IMG/VR virus record: IMGVR_UViG_3300034111_000335
Location: 54,887-118,886 of that record
Source: a virus
Strand: one strand, 5' to 3'
DNA: 64,000 nucleotides
Below the pieces are notes generated by a model. It was not told where the DNA came from, searched no databases, and was given only the letters and a program-made list of their open reading frames with translations. The translations under genes were made by a program, and so were the position numbers. Below, piece by piece: positions 29,100 to 38,575 of the stretch (the first letter of the stretch is position 1; the number at the start of each line of letters is the position of its first letter).

Positions 29100-32000
29100 A
29101 TGTCTAAAGGCTGTGTTATAAAATATACTAATCCCGTAACAGGGATGAATCAAACTTCTGTACTTGCTTATACTCTATCACAAGTAGGATATAGTAACGA
29201 GCAAGCTATAGACTTAGTTAAGCAAGGAAGTCTATATTCTAAAAAAGATGGATACAATACCTGGCCTAAACCTCTTAACAAGGATAAGAGTAGGTTTGGA
29301 AATTTTGTAGAAATAGACTCAGACAACTTACTTAGAAACGTAGGTATTGATTCGTTAACCTCCGATCAAGTTAAGTATCTTAGAGCAGCTCAGGATTTAT
29401 TTGAAGATGTTCAAGTAAGAATAGATAATCCTATTAATCTTACTACTCTAGTAGAGATGGCAAACTACATTAAAAACAATGGACTTGCCTCTGTAAGTAT
29501 AGAGATTGTTAATCCAGAAGCACCAGTATTAGAAAGGATGTACAAAGTATATCCTATACCTTTTACTGAACTAAACATGGTATATCTTTCTAGTTTTATT
29601 GAAGGAGAAGTATTTAATAAACGTCTAGTAAATGGAGAAGAGTCACGTATAGAGTTCTTAAAGAAGTACGTAGACTTTCAAAATCCTGATGTCTATGATA
29701 CTTTAGTTAAGATTCTAAACGACCCAGAGACTCCTGACTACGAGAAGTTTGTGATTAAAAAACTTTTACCTATTATAGACTTGATCCCTACAATCGGTTT
29801 AGACTTTTTTACAGGTAAAGACTTACAAAACAGAGATGTAATTCCTATGGGAGAGTATGTTCCTGAACTACATAAAATTAAACTAAATGTATTTGGATTA
29901 AAGAATAGAGGACTAGATTATTCTAGACGTGTTATTCTCCACGAGATTCTACACTCTGTTCTATCATCTACGTTACAAAATCCTACAAGCGAGATAGACA
30001 AAGAACTTGTAAATAGTCTTAAGCCTATCCTTGCCTACTATCAACAGAAATATTCTACAAAAAAAAGAACAGACACTTACTATGGTTTTAAAGACATACA
30101 CGAGTTTGTATCAGAGTTTTTTACTAATCCTGATTTCCGCAACACTCTAGAGTCGGAAGAACCAAACTGGTTTATTAAAATTATAGATGCTATCTTTAAG
30201 TTCTTTGGTAAGAAGTTAAATCTAAATCAAAATCCTAATAGCCTAGAGAATATAGATCTATTGATGGAAAACTTCTTCAATGAGATACTCCTTGCTCAAG
30301 ATATTAATACTAGTATTATATATACTAAGTTTGATTCTATACCCTATACTATGAGTGTGCCTCAAATGCTTGAGATGGATACGTTTGTAGAGGAGAATTC
30401 AGACTTCCTTACTCGTTTAGATGAACTATTACAGGACGAAAATCTAATCAACTGGAGTAAGGTAAGAGATCAAGCAGAGATTCTAGGAGTAAACGTAGGC
30501 AGTGTATTAAGAACTAAGGACATGTTCGTAGAGATTTCTGCAGCTGAGGCTAAAGAGTCTTTTAAATCTTTAGTAAGTTTCTTCCATGATAGCTCTAAGT
30601 ACTTAGCAAGTGTTCGTACTTCTCTTAACAAGATGTCTTCTGATCCTACAATAACCAAAGATCAACTGTTTAGACAAGCTTACCATGCTAAAGAGTTAGG
30701 AGAGCAGTATACAAACCTAGCACAAAATTATCGTAGAGTTATGGGAGACCTAGGAGCAAACACTATTTTGGGTCAACAGTTGTTAAACTTAGAAGCTACT
30801 GCAGATTCTTTGTCTAAGGCTTATTTTAACAACGCTGTAGAGGCTTTAGCTATTAAGTTGGCAGATGAGTTCGCACCACAGACAAAAGACGCTCAGAAGC
30901 GAATCCAAGACAATATAGATAGGTTTAAAGTTTCATTAGCAAGTGCACAAAAACTAGGAAACACTAGACTTATAAAACTTACCGAAGATCGTATTAGGAA
31001 TGAAGAAGCAAGAATGTCTACCCTAGCTACTAAGACTAACTTACTAAAAGCACTTAGAGGTCAGATAAAAGACGTAGGAAACTTCTCTCTTTTCTTAGAG
31101 TCAGCAGGATTATCAGGAAACATTCTTACAGGTACTGTAGGAGGTATGATTGCTAATCAGTTTGATACAGCTAACGTAAAGGCTCAAGCAATGGAAGTTA
31201 AATTAAAGAAGATTGCAGATGAGTTACAAAACCACCTAAAGAGTAAAGGGATGGGAGTAAATACTGCATTCGACTTTGAAAATGTATTTGGACGTTTCAT
31301 TAAGAAAGTAGAGATTGTAGAAAACAAGAATGGAAAAATCTCTAAGAGAGAAACACTAGTTCTGTTGAGTGAGATGGATGAAGTTCGTTACAACAATCTT
31401 ATAACTAAACTTAAAGCAGAGTTAAGAGAATTAAAACAAACTAAGGTACAAGACTCTACAGTAAAAGATTTAATCAGAGCTAAAGAAGAAGAGATTCGTA
31501 GAACAAGATCTGAGTTTGAAGTACAGCCTTTTGAAGATATCTACTATCAAATTCAGAACATGCTTAGTGCAGAAGCTAAAGAAGCTAGAGACTTAATCTT
31601 TGAAGAGATGAATAAGATCCAAGTAGGAAGTCTTACAGAAGAAAACTCAGAAGAACAGTTAGATAAATTAGATGACTTAAAAGAAGAACTAGACTTACTA
31701 GAATCTGATTACGATAAAAACAAAAACTTAAAAGATGAAGCAGGACTTAGAATTGCTGCTAACATTAGAGAATGGAAGAAGAGTAGAGCTGCTGCAGAAC
31801 TTTATACTTACACTATCAGTAAAGAAAACCAAGCACTTTTTGACTCTCAACTAAATTCTAAAAAAACAGCTTACGATAAAGCAGCTGCTGACTATCAACA
31901 AGCAGTAGACGACAATGCTGATGCTGATACCTTAGACTACAAGAAACAAACAGTAGATTACTATAAGAAACAGTTTGAGTTGTGGAAAGCAAACAACTGC

Positions 32001-34886
32001 GTAAGAAAAATTGATCCTGAGTTCTATAAACAAAGAAAAAAAATAGTAGATGCAGTTGCTGCTATTCAGTCTAGGTATCCTGTTCCTTCAGGTGTTCGTA
32101 AAATGGATGAAGTATGGAATGATATATTCGGGGTATTGAAGGGATATAAGAACACAGATAACTTCTACGAAGGTTCTAAGATCGCTTCTCCTAATCCAGA
32201 TGGAACTCCTTCTAATCTCTCTACTCTTGTTAGAGCATTAGAAGAAGAAATAGAAGCAATTAAAACTGCTTACAAGACTGATGTAGATATGTCTAAAGAA
32301 GATTCTGACAATCTCAAGGATCTGTTTTCTTCTTTTGGAGACATCCAAGAAAAGGTCTACACTCCTGATTATGTAAGGGAATACACTAGTAAGTTAAATC
32401 TAATTAAAACTTCTTTAATTGCTCAAAACAATGTAAAGTACCAAGACCAAACTGATGACTCTCTATTAGAGTTAGATGCAACTAAAGAACTTAGAAAGAC
32501 TGATTGGTACAAACAAAACCACAAAAAAGTAAACGTATGGGATGAGAACAATCAGATATGGACTTTATCTGATGAACCTTTATATTTCTGGATGTCTACC
32601 GAACCTACAGATAAAACTTTGATTAGCGATACTTCTCCTTCTTTTAGATGGAATACTATTGCAGTGAACCCTAGATACATTAAACCAGAAGTAAAGAATG
32701 TAAAATACAGTAAGCGTGTTCCTTTACGTACAGACAGAACTGAATATAGAAACAAAGAGTACGATAAATTAGATGCTAAGGAAAAAGAAATTCTTCAGAA
32801 GATTACAGATCTTTATTTAGATCTTCAGAAAGGAACACCTATGAATCTTAAGAAAGGATTAGAGTTGCCTAGTGTTATGATGGACCCTGTAGAAAGGTCT
32901 CTGAAAGATACTAATATGGGTACACTTAAATCCAAAATAGGATCTACTTTTCAAGGTATTTGGGATAGAGCTACTTTTGAAGATGACGAAGAAACAGCAA
33001 GGACTGAAGAAGGGGGATCTGTTATACAAAAGGTAAGTAAGAAACTTTATTTAAAATATAATAGACCTATTCCTGCAGATAAAATGAGTCTAAACATTCT
33101 TAACAGTATTGGAATGTATGGTGCAGACTTAATCAGATTCAAAGAAGCTTATGAAGTAATGCCTTACATCTATGGTATGCAAGACGTATTAAAAGAGTCT
33201 TTGCCTGGTACTAAGATTGAGAAGATGATTAATAACTTGTTTGAACGTAAGTTACAAGGTAAGAATCGTAAGTTCTTAGTAAACAACAAAGCGGGTAGAA
33301 TGGTAGAGAAAGTACTTGATATGTCTTTATCTGTCAACTCTCCTATTGTACTTGCTTACCGTCTTCCTTCTAGTGTAAAAAACTTTATGGCAGGATCTGC
33401 TAACATCTTTATACAAGCTGGTATATATGGTTTAAGTCGTAAGGAAATTTTTAAGGCTATGGGTAGAAATGCTGTACATATAGCAGACTTGTTTCAGTCA
33501 GAAGTAGAAGATGGTAGAGATTCTGAATACATTGCTCGTATGAGATACTTTAATGTTATGCCAGAAGATCAACTAAGTGAAACAGGACGTAAGTTATTTA
33601 TTTCTAAGTTAGGCAAGTATCGTAAGTACAATCCATTTAACTTTCTAGGATTCTTTAGAACCTTTGGTGAATTTGAAATGAGAAGTGCAGTTGCAGAGGC
33701 TATGTCTCAGCAGTTTTTAGTTCCTTTGATAGATAAACCTGAAGGAGTTCCTTTGTTTGAAGCATACGACTTTAAAGACGGAATTCTTGTTCCTAAGGAT
33801 ACGATTGTAGACTTAGAAGGATTTTCAAAAATAGAACAATACTACAGAGGTAAACTTAACCACGTTAACGCTGCTATCCAAGGTGCTTATGGATCTATGG
33901 ACAAAGGAGAGTATAGTAGATACACTCTTGGTAGAATTATAGGAAACATGAAAGGATGGGTTGCTTATCAAGGTATGAGGAGATTTAAAGTAGGCAGAAC
34001 TATTAATCCTAGATCAGGAGAAGAGTTTCAAGGTTTCTACGTGACAGTAATTCAAGCGCTTAAATTACTTTATCAAACAAACTTCTCATTACCGGCAACT
34101 AGAAATCTTATGACTCCTGCAGAACGCAGAGAAACAGAAGGTGCAGCTATAGATATGCTTGCATTAGCTTTAATTATGGGAGTATCTGCCTTGCTTAATA
34201 GTTTAAGATATGATGATGAGGATGATGAAGATATGTATGTAGTGTATTTCTTGCTTTATAACTTGTTATTGATTGAAGACGAGTTAAACAGTTTGAACCC
34301 TGTATTTAGTCCTTTGTCTATTTACCATTCTAGGTTTGAAAACAACGTAGACGGACAAAACTTTGCTCAGTATTACTTGAATAGAAACGTATTACTTCCG
34401 TTTGCAGGTGCTACAGATGCTGTAAAACTAACTGTAGAAATGCTTAATCCTTTTGACGATGCAAGTCCCTTTGATGAGTATGTTCCTAGGAGTAGAAGTG
34501 GTAAGATCTCTAACCCTAAAAGATACCCACCAGATCCTACTCTTAAAGGAGATATAGAAATATCTGCTCGTATCCAAAAACTATTTGGATTAAACGCTTC
34601 TATAAACTACTTCTTAAACCCTGAGTATCTGTTTAGAAAGTACGAAAAGTATAACCCTAAGTGGTATGTAAGTAGTTTAGAAGCAGACTTAAGAGGAGAG
34701 AAACGTTCTGTAAACTCCATAGATAAACAAATAAAATCTATTGAAAGACAAATAGACTACGTAGACGATGTAGATACTAAGGAAAGTCTATTGAATAAAA
34801 TAGAATCCTTACAGATGGAAAGATCAGAGTCTAGAGATAGGACATCTTCTTTAACAGAAATATACTCAGAGACTGGGAGGAAATAA
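29100..34886 (+). CDS. Giant cargo protein with zincin-like metallopeptidase (MPTase-type) domain
   Basis: 1928 aa. ILHEILH..YGFKDIHEFVSEFFTNPDF (HExxH plus downstream E). Helical body and a hydrophobic C-terminal segment. Confidence 0.7.
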   Translation: MSKGCVIKYTNPVTGMNQTSVLAYTLSQVGYSNEQAIDLVKQGSLYSKKDGYNTWPKPLNKDKSRFGNFVEIDSDNLLRNVGIDSLTSDQVKYLRAAQDLFEDVQVRIDNPINLTTLVEMANYIKNNGLASVSIEIVNPEAPVLERMYKVYPIPFTELNMVYLSSFIEGEVFNKRLVNGEESRIEFLKKYVDFQNPDVYDTLVKILNDPETPDYEKFVIKKLLPIIDLIPTIGLDFFTGKDLQNRDVIPMGEYVPELHKIKLNVFGLKNRGLDYSRRVILHEILHSVLSSTLQNPTSEIDKELVNSLKPILAYYQQKYSTKKRTDTYYGFKDIHEFVSEFFTNPDFRNTLESEEPNWFIKIIDAIFKFFGKKLNLNQNPNSLENIDLLMENFFNEILLAQDINTSIIYTKFDSIPYTMSVPQMLEMDTFVEENSDFLTRLDELLQDENLINWSKVRDQAEILGVNVGSVLRTKDMFVEISAAEAKESFKSLVSFFHDSSKYLASVRTSLNKMSSDPTITKDQLFRQAYHAKELGEQYTNLAQNYRRVMGDLGANTILGQQLLNLEATADSLSKAYFNNAVEALAIKLADEFAPQTKDAQKRIQDNIDRFKVSLASAQKLGNTRLIKLTEDRIRNEEARMSTLATKTNLLKALRGQIKDVGNFSLFLESAGLSGNILTGTVGGMIANQFDTANVKAQAMEVKLKKIADELQNHLKSKGMGVNTAFDFENVFGRFIKKVEIVENKNGKISKRETLVLLSEMDEVRYNNLITKLKAELRELKQTKVQDSTVKDLIRAKEEEIRRTRSEFEVQPFEDIYYQIQNMLSAEAKEARDLIFEEMNKIQVGSLTEENSEEQLDKLDDLKEELDLLESDYDKNKNLKDEAGLRIAANIREWKKSRAAAELYTYTISKENQALFDSQLNSKKTAYDKAAADYQQAVDDNADADTLDYKKQTVDYYKKQFELWKANNCVRKIDPEFYKQRKKIVDAVAAIQSRYPVPSGVRKMDEVWNDIFGVLKGYKNTDNFYEGSKIASPNPDGTPSNLSTLVRALEEEIEAIKTAYKTDVDMSKEDSDNLKDLFSSFGDIQEKVYTPDYVREYTSKLNLIKTSLIAQNNVKYQDQTDDSLLELDATKELRKTDWYKQNHKKVNVWDENNQIWTLSDEPLYFWMSTEPTDKTLISDTSPSFRWNTIAVNPRYIKPEVKNVKYSKRVPLRTDRTEYRNKEYDKLDAKEKEILQKITDLYLDLQKGTPMNLKKGLELPSVMMDPVERSLKDTNMGTLKSKIGSTFQGIWDRATFEDDEETARTEEGGSVIQKVSKKLYLKYNRPIPADKMSLNILNSIGMYGADLIRFKEAYEVMPYIYGMQDVLKESLPGTKIEKMINNLFERKLQGKNRKFLVNNKAGRMVEKVLDMSLSVNSPIVLAYRLPSSVKNFMAGSANIFIQAGIYGLSRKEIFKAMGRNAVHIADLFQSEVEDGRDSEYIARMRYFNVMPEDQLSETGRKLFISKLGKYRKYNPFNFLGFFRTFGEFEMRSAVAEAMSQQFLVPLIDKPEGVPLFEAYDFKDGILVPKDTIVDLEGFSKIEQYYRGKLNHVNAAIQGAYGSMDKGEYSRYTLGRIIGNMKGWVAYQGMRRFKVGRTINPRSGEEFQGFYVTVIQALKLLYQTNFSLPATRNLMTPAERRETEGAAIDMLALALIMGVSALLNSLRYDDEDDEDMYVVYFLLYNLLLIEDELNSLNPVFSPLSIYHSRFENNVDGQNFAQYYLNRNVLLPFAGATDAVKLTVEMLNPFDDASPFDEYVPRSRSGKISNPKRYPPDPTLKGDIEISARIQKLFGLNASINYFLNPEYLFRKYEKYNPKWYVSSLEADLRGEKRSVNSIDKQIKSIERQIDYVDDVDTKESLLNKIESLQMERSESRDRTSSLTEIYSETGRK

Positions 34887-34900
34887 TCCTCCTAGTTTCT
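34876..34900 (+). terminator. Possible terminator
   Basis: GGAGGA-AATAA-TCCTCC hairpin over the stop codon with a weak T tract. Confidence 0.4.
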
Positions 34901-34929
34901 TGACTTTATTTTTAATTAAAGTATTTTTG
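34900..34929 (+). promoter_or_regulatory. Bacteroidota-type promoter (TTG..19 nt..TATTTTTG)
   Basis: TATTTTTG at 34922-34929 and TTG at 34900-34902. Upstream of the lysis block. Confidence 0.5.
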
Positions 34930-34975
34930 TTATACGGACTAAGGTCGGACTTAACAGTCGTAAAGATAAATATTT

Positions 34976-35314
34976 ATGGAAACACATGACATTCTCAGAG
35001 AGCAATCAAAGAAACTTCGTCACATCGAAGGTCAACTTTGTTGCATCAACGCTAGCGTAACTGCGGAAGCAGGTATGAACGGCAGTAAAGTAATCTCAGG
35101 CACATCACCAGTTACAGGTACTTTTCAGTACTTTGTTGTTAACGCATCAGCTGTAGTTAGTGCTATCTTAGATCAGAACGCAGCTAGTCTTATGACAAGC
35201 TTAGGTCTTTCAGGAGTTACTTTGGCACCAGGAATGAAGATTAGCGTAGCTAAAGGAACAACTATCTCTTCTATAACACTTGCTTCAGGATCTATTATTG
35301 CTTACAACGCTTAA
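34976..35314 (+). CDS. Hypothetical protein (beta-rich, possibly structural)
   Basis: 112 aa ORF ending SSITLASGSIIAY. Confidence 0.5.
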   Translation: METHDILREQSKKLRHIEGQLCCINASVTAEAGMNGSKVISGTSPVTGTFQYFVVNASAVVSAILDQNAASLMTSLGLSGVTLAPGMKISVAKGTTISSITLASGSIIAYNA

Positions 35315-35743
35315 TTGATGAAGACCCTTTTAGTAACTATCACCACAGTATGTGCCTTTTTGGGCACATATTTTTTAAATCTAACTGCAGATAACGCAGA
35401 ACAATACTTAGCGATTGTTGCTGTTGTATTTGTAGATGGATTTTTTGGTGTATGGGCAGGTACTAAGAAGATTGGTTTTCAAACAAGAAAAGCAGTTAAA
35501 GTACTTCAGACTTTGTTTGCTTGGGTAATGATTCTTTCTGCTATCTTAATGGTAGAGAAAGGATTTGATGGTACGTTCTGGCTTTCAGAAACTTTCTGTG
35601 CTCCTTTTATTGTCTTCCAACTTATTAGTGCTCTTAAGAATGCTAACACAGTAGGAGTAATAAACAACAGTGTACTATCTCAGATCTTAGCAAAGATAGA
35701 CCAGCATAAATTTAACCACGATAATGAAAAACCTCTCGATTAA
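35315..35743 (+). CDS. Holin (phage holin 4-like)
   Basis: Three to four hydrophobic helices. VDGFFGVWAG and QLISALKNA..GVI match the holin family pattern. True start is probably the ATG at 35318. Confidence 0.7.
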   Translation: MMKTLLVTITTVCAFLGTYFLNLTADNAEQYLAIVAVVFVDGFFGVWAGTKKIGFQTRKAVKVLQTLFAWVMILSAILMVEKGFDGTFWLSETFCAPFIVFQLISALKNANTVGVINNSVLSQILAKIDQHKFNHDNEKPLD

Positions 35744-36041
35744 ACTTAATATTATCTTTTTCTTCATCATTGCTTACTTACTTTTTAAGTATGAGTATGT
35801 ACAGGAACAAGATACTAATCAAGTAATATCTTTTATTGATTCTATAGATAAACAAAACGATACTTACTTTGAAAAGATTGACTCTCTAGAACATATAAAG
35901 CACGAAGAGTATTTCCGTTACGAACAAATCACCCTAAAGTATGACACAATTCAGATTGCTATTGACACTATGCCTGATATTGACGGCACAAAATTCTTAC
36001 TCACAATCAGTAGACAGCTTACCCTTAAAGGAGTTGAATAA
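35724..36041 (+). CDS. Putative spanin-like protein (N-terminal TM plus periplasmic helix)
   Basis: N-terminal TM IIFFFIIAYLLF. Overlaps both the holin and the next gene. Confidence 0.45.
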   Translation: MKNLSIKLNIIFFFIIAYLLFKYEYVQEQDTNQVISFIDSIDKQNDTYFEKIDSLEHIKHEEYFRYEQITLKYDTIQIAIDTMPDIDGTKFLLTISRQLTLKGVE

Positions 36042-36300
36042 TGAGTTCCTAAAAGGAATTCAAGCACGTGAGAGAGTAGTAAGTCTTAAGAAGATTATCA
36101 AGACAGATAGCGTTCAGTTATCCTTGTATAAAGATTCTATTATCCCTAACTATAAGAAGGCTTTAGATACCGCTAAAGTAGAGATAGTTCGCTTAGATAC
36201 TAAAGTTAGGTCTCAAGCAGAAACAATTAAAACTTTAAAGAACGTTTTGAAAGGCGGGTTATTTGCTATAGCTTTGTTAACCATAGGGTTAATACTTTAA
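35941..36300 (+). CDS. Putative spanin-like protein (signal peptide, coiled coil, C-terminal TM)
   Basis: MTQFRLLLTLCLILTAQNSYS|Q signal peptide, heptad region, C-terminal GGLFAIALLTIGLIL. Confidence 0.45.
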   Translation: MTQFRLLLTLCLILTAQNSYSQSVDSLPLKELNNEFLKGIQARERVVSLKKIIKTDSVQLSLYKDSIIPNYKKALDTAKVEIVRLDTKVRSQAETIKTLKNVLKGGLFAIALLTIGLIL

Positions 36301-36311
36301 CCTACCAGCCT

Positions 36312-37631
36312 ATGATGCCAATCTCAAAACAGATTATCCAACACTACATGGATAATCCAAATACGGATGAGTCAGCTTTAGAAGTTGCTATTCGTTTCAA
36401 CTACCAACCAGAAGTATATAATGAACTAAGAGCTAAGCGAGTTCGTGACTTAAAAAGAACTGCTATGTATAAGTTGGGTGCAGATAAACCTTTAACGCCT
36501 AACGATCAACCTACACAAATTACAGGAACTTATGATGAGAATCTAGATAAAGGTACACTTGAGGTATCTAAACTAGTTTCTACTCAGCCTAGATCTTCTG
36601 AAGAAATCATTGAAATTCACAAGATAGACAGAACTAAGTGGAGATTAGTACAGTATTGGAGTAAAGAAAAACAATCAGGTTGGCTAGTGTCAGCCTTATT
36701 TGCTTCTATAAAGCCTGAGGACACTTTTCCTCAAGACATAGAGAACGTTCTCAGAGAGGTTTTCCTAGAATCTAATATAACTCCGTACCCAACACCTAGA
36801 AAGTCTCCTATAGCGTCTAAGAAAGGCTTATTCGTCTACATGAGTGACAAACACGTAGGTGCTCTTACTCATCCTAACTCTATTTTCAACAATCAGTACA
36901 ACGAAGATGTCTTCGAAGTACGTATGATGAGAGTATTAGAAGAGATAGAGAAGCAAGTAAAGACCTATGGAAGGTTAGAAGATCTTTTTATTTGTGATTT
37001 AGGAGATTCATTAGATGGTTGGAGTGGTCAAACTACTAGAGGAGGACATGCACTTCCCCAGAACATGAACAATAAGGAGTCTTTTATGACGTATCTTTAT
37101 GCTCATAAGCGATTCTTTGACCTGTTAGTAGAAAAAAACTTAGCTAATAACATTCATGCTATTATGCAGACAGAAGATAACCACTCAGGTTCTTTTGGCT
37201 ACATAACTAACCAAGCACTAACTCTTTATTTAAATACGGCTTATCCTTTTATCAAAGTAACGATAATGGAGAAGTTCTTAGAACATTTTGACTATGGAAA
37301 ACATACATTTATTTTTACTCATGGAAAAGACTCTGAGGATCTTAAGCATGGTCTTCCCCTTTTCTTAACTGAGAAAGCAGAAAATTTCCTTAACAAGTAT
37401 ATAGATCACCACAATTTAGGAGAGAATAAAAACATCTCAATAGTAAAAGGTGACCTACATACAGAGAGCATGCAGCAAGTTTACAAGTTTAGATATAGGA
37501 ATGTATTGTCTATGTACGGCTCTTCTAAGTGGATAATGAATAACTTTGGTCCTGGTTATCCAGGAGTTTCGTTTGATTTAGTAGAAAAAGATACGGATTT
37601 AATATATTCGTTTTATATTCGCTTTAAATAA
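36312..37631 (+). CDS. Calcineurin-like metallophosphoesterase
   Basis: SDKHVG, GDSLDG, DNH, THG, GDLH metal-binding motifs in the expected order. Confidence 0.8.
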   Translation: MMPISKQIIQHYMDNPNTDESALEVAIRFNYQPEVYNELRAKRVRDLKRTAMYKLGADKPLTPNDQPTQITGTYDENLDKGTLEVSKLVSTQPRSSEEIIEIHKIDRTKWRLVQYWSKEKQSGWLVSALFASIKPEDTFPQDIENVLREVFLESNITPYPTPRKSPIASKKGLFVYMSDKHVGALTHPNSIFNNQYNEDVFEVRMMRVLEEIEKQVKTYGRLEDLFICDLGDSLDGWSGQTTRGGHALPQNMNNKESFMTYLYAHKRFFDLLVEKNLANNIHAIMQTEDNHSGSFGYITNQALTLYLNTAYPFIKVTIMEKFLEHFDYGKHTFIFTHGKDSEDLKHGLPLFLTEKAENFLNKYIDHHNLGENKNISIVKGDLHTESMQQVYKFRYRNVLSMYGSSKWIMNNFGPGYPGVSFDLVEKDTDLIYSFYIRFK

Positions 37632-37638
37632 AATTAAG

Positions 37639-37869
37639 ATGATTAAGATAGCAGATATAGATAAACTTATAAACCAGTTCTATTTAGACTCAGAGAAGGA
37701 TGGGTTAGCAGTAAGACCTAATGTGGTACTGCTTACAGAGGATCAGTTTGAGGATCTATTAAAAGAAATGGGAGTAGAGGAAGAAGACGATGTTGTGATA
37801 GAAAGTATACTAGGATTAGATGTCGTCATAGCAAACGGGATAGAACATCCAAGAGTAATAAGATTATAA
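37639..37869 (+). CDS. Hypothetical acidic protein
   Basis: 76 aa ORF, last + strand gene before the terminator. Confidence 0.55.
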   Translation: MIKIADIDKLINQFYLDSEKDGLAVRPNVVLLTEDQFEDLLKEMGVEEEDDVVIESILGLDVVIANGIEHPRVIRL

Positions 37870-37903
37870 AAAAAGGGGCCCTATTAAGAGCCCCTTTTCT
37901 TTT
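37868..37903. terminator. Bidirectional terminator at the convergence of the two gene blocks
   Basis: A-run GGGGC..GCCCC T-run, located between convergent operons. Confidence 0.8.
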
Positions 37904-37910
37904 GGTTGGT

Positions 37911-37951
37911 AAACTAAATAACTAAAAACTAAAACTAAATAAACTAAAACT
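37911..37951 (+). repeat. AACTAAA tandem repeat
   Basis: aaactaaataactaaaaactaaaactaaataaactaaaact, about five imperfect units. Confidence 0.7.
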
Positions 37952-37955
37952 ATGA

Positions 37956-38300
37956 TTACATCGCTTGTGGTCCTCCTGTAGCAGCTAAGAAAGCAAGAAC
38001 TTCTTCTTTTACTTTCAGCTCTACTACGATTGGCTCACTTGTGATTTCAAATTTAGTGATTTTTACTGGAACTTTTTGCTTAGTTGCAGGATCAATTTTG
38101 TATTGATAGTCTACAGGGTTAAGTTTATCAGCGTTACCTTCTAAGACAACGGCTAAACCATTCTCTGTAGGGTAAGTCATAAGAACCTTGTGGATGTTAA
38201 AAGAGAAACCTTTCTTGATGATCAATTCCATCTCTTCACCGTTCTCTACTTTTTCTTTTTCTGTGTAATAGAATAACATATTTGTCTTTTTAATTACCAA
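37956..38300 (-). CDS. Hypothetical protein
   Basis: 114 aa ORF. Likely start is MLFYYTE at about 38279. Confidence 0.55.
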   Translation of the reverse strand: MVIKKTNMLFYYTEKEKVENGEEMELIIKKGFSFNIHKVLMTYPTENGLAVVLEGNADKLNPVDYQYKIDPATKQKVPVKITKFEITSEPIVVELKVKEEVLAFLAATGGPQAM

Positions 38301-38575
38301 ACGATAGCAATGTCTCGATCACTTACCATGATCTTTTCTTCTCCTTCTACTTCAACTAACTCTGCTGATTGAAGGTACATGATGTTTACATAAACGAAGT
38401 CTCCTACTTTTACGTTGGTTACTTCTTCTCCGAGAGCGTATACTTCTAAACGCTTAAGGTTAGCCAACTCTTTCATGTTCAACTCTTCTTCCATCTCTGG
38501 TGTAAGTTGAATGAGTCTTTCTTCTCTCTTAGGACGGTTGAGTAATACTCGGTGTCCTTTTACTGTGATTGCCAT
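38294..38575 (-). CDS. groES: Co-chaperonin GroES-like
   Basis: VKGHRVLL..VYALGEEVTNVKVGDFV..VEGEEKIMVSDRDI follows the Cpn10 pattern. Confidence 0.8.
   Translation of the reverse strand: MAITVKGHRVLLNRPKREERLIQLTPEMEEELNMKELANLKRLEVYALGEEVTNVKVGDFVYVNIMYLQSAELVEVEGEEKIMVSDRDIAIVW

Noticed and set aside
220-32755. Short alternative-frame and antisense ORFs in the track (e.g. 220..573, 12831..13190, 24718..25140, 27316..27633)
   Set aside because: They are fully nested in long genes, lack leaders or motifs, and are best explained as shadow ORFs.
34887-34975. Possible tRNA or structured ncRNA in intergenic gaps
   Set aside because: No cloverleaf or T-loop (GTTCGA) pattern could be built by eye, and the gaps are short and explained by terminators, promoters and leaders. 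A tRNAscan or Infernal run would be needed to exclude this fully.
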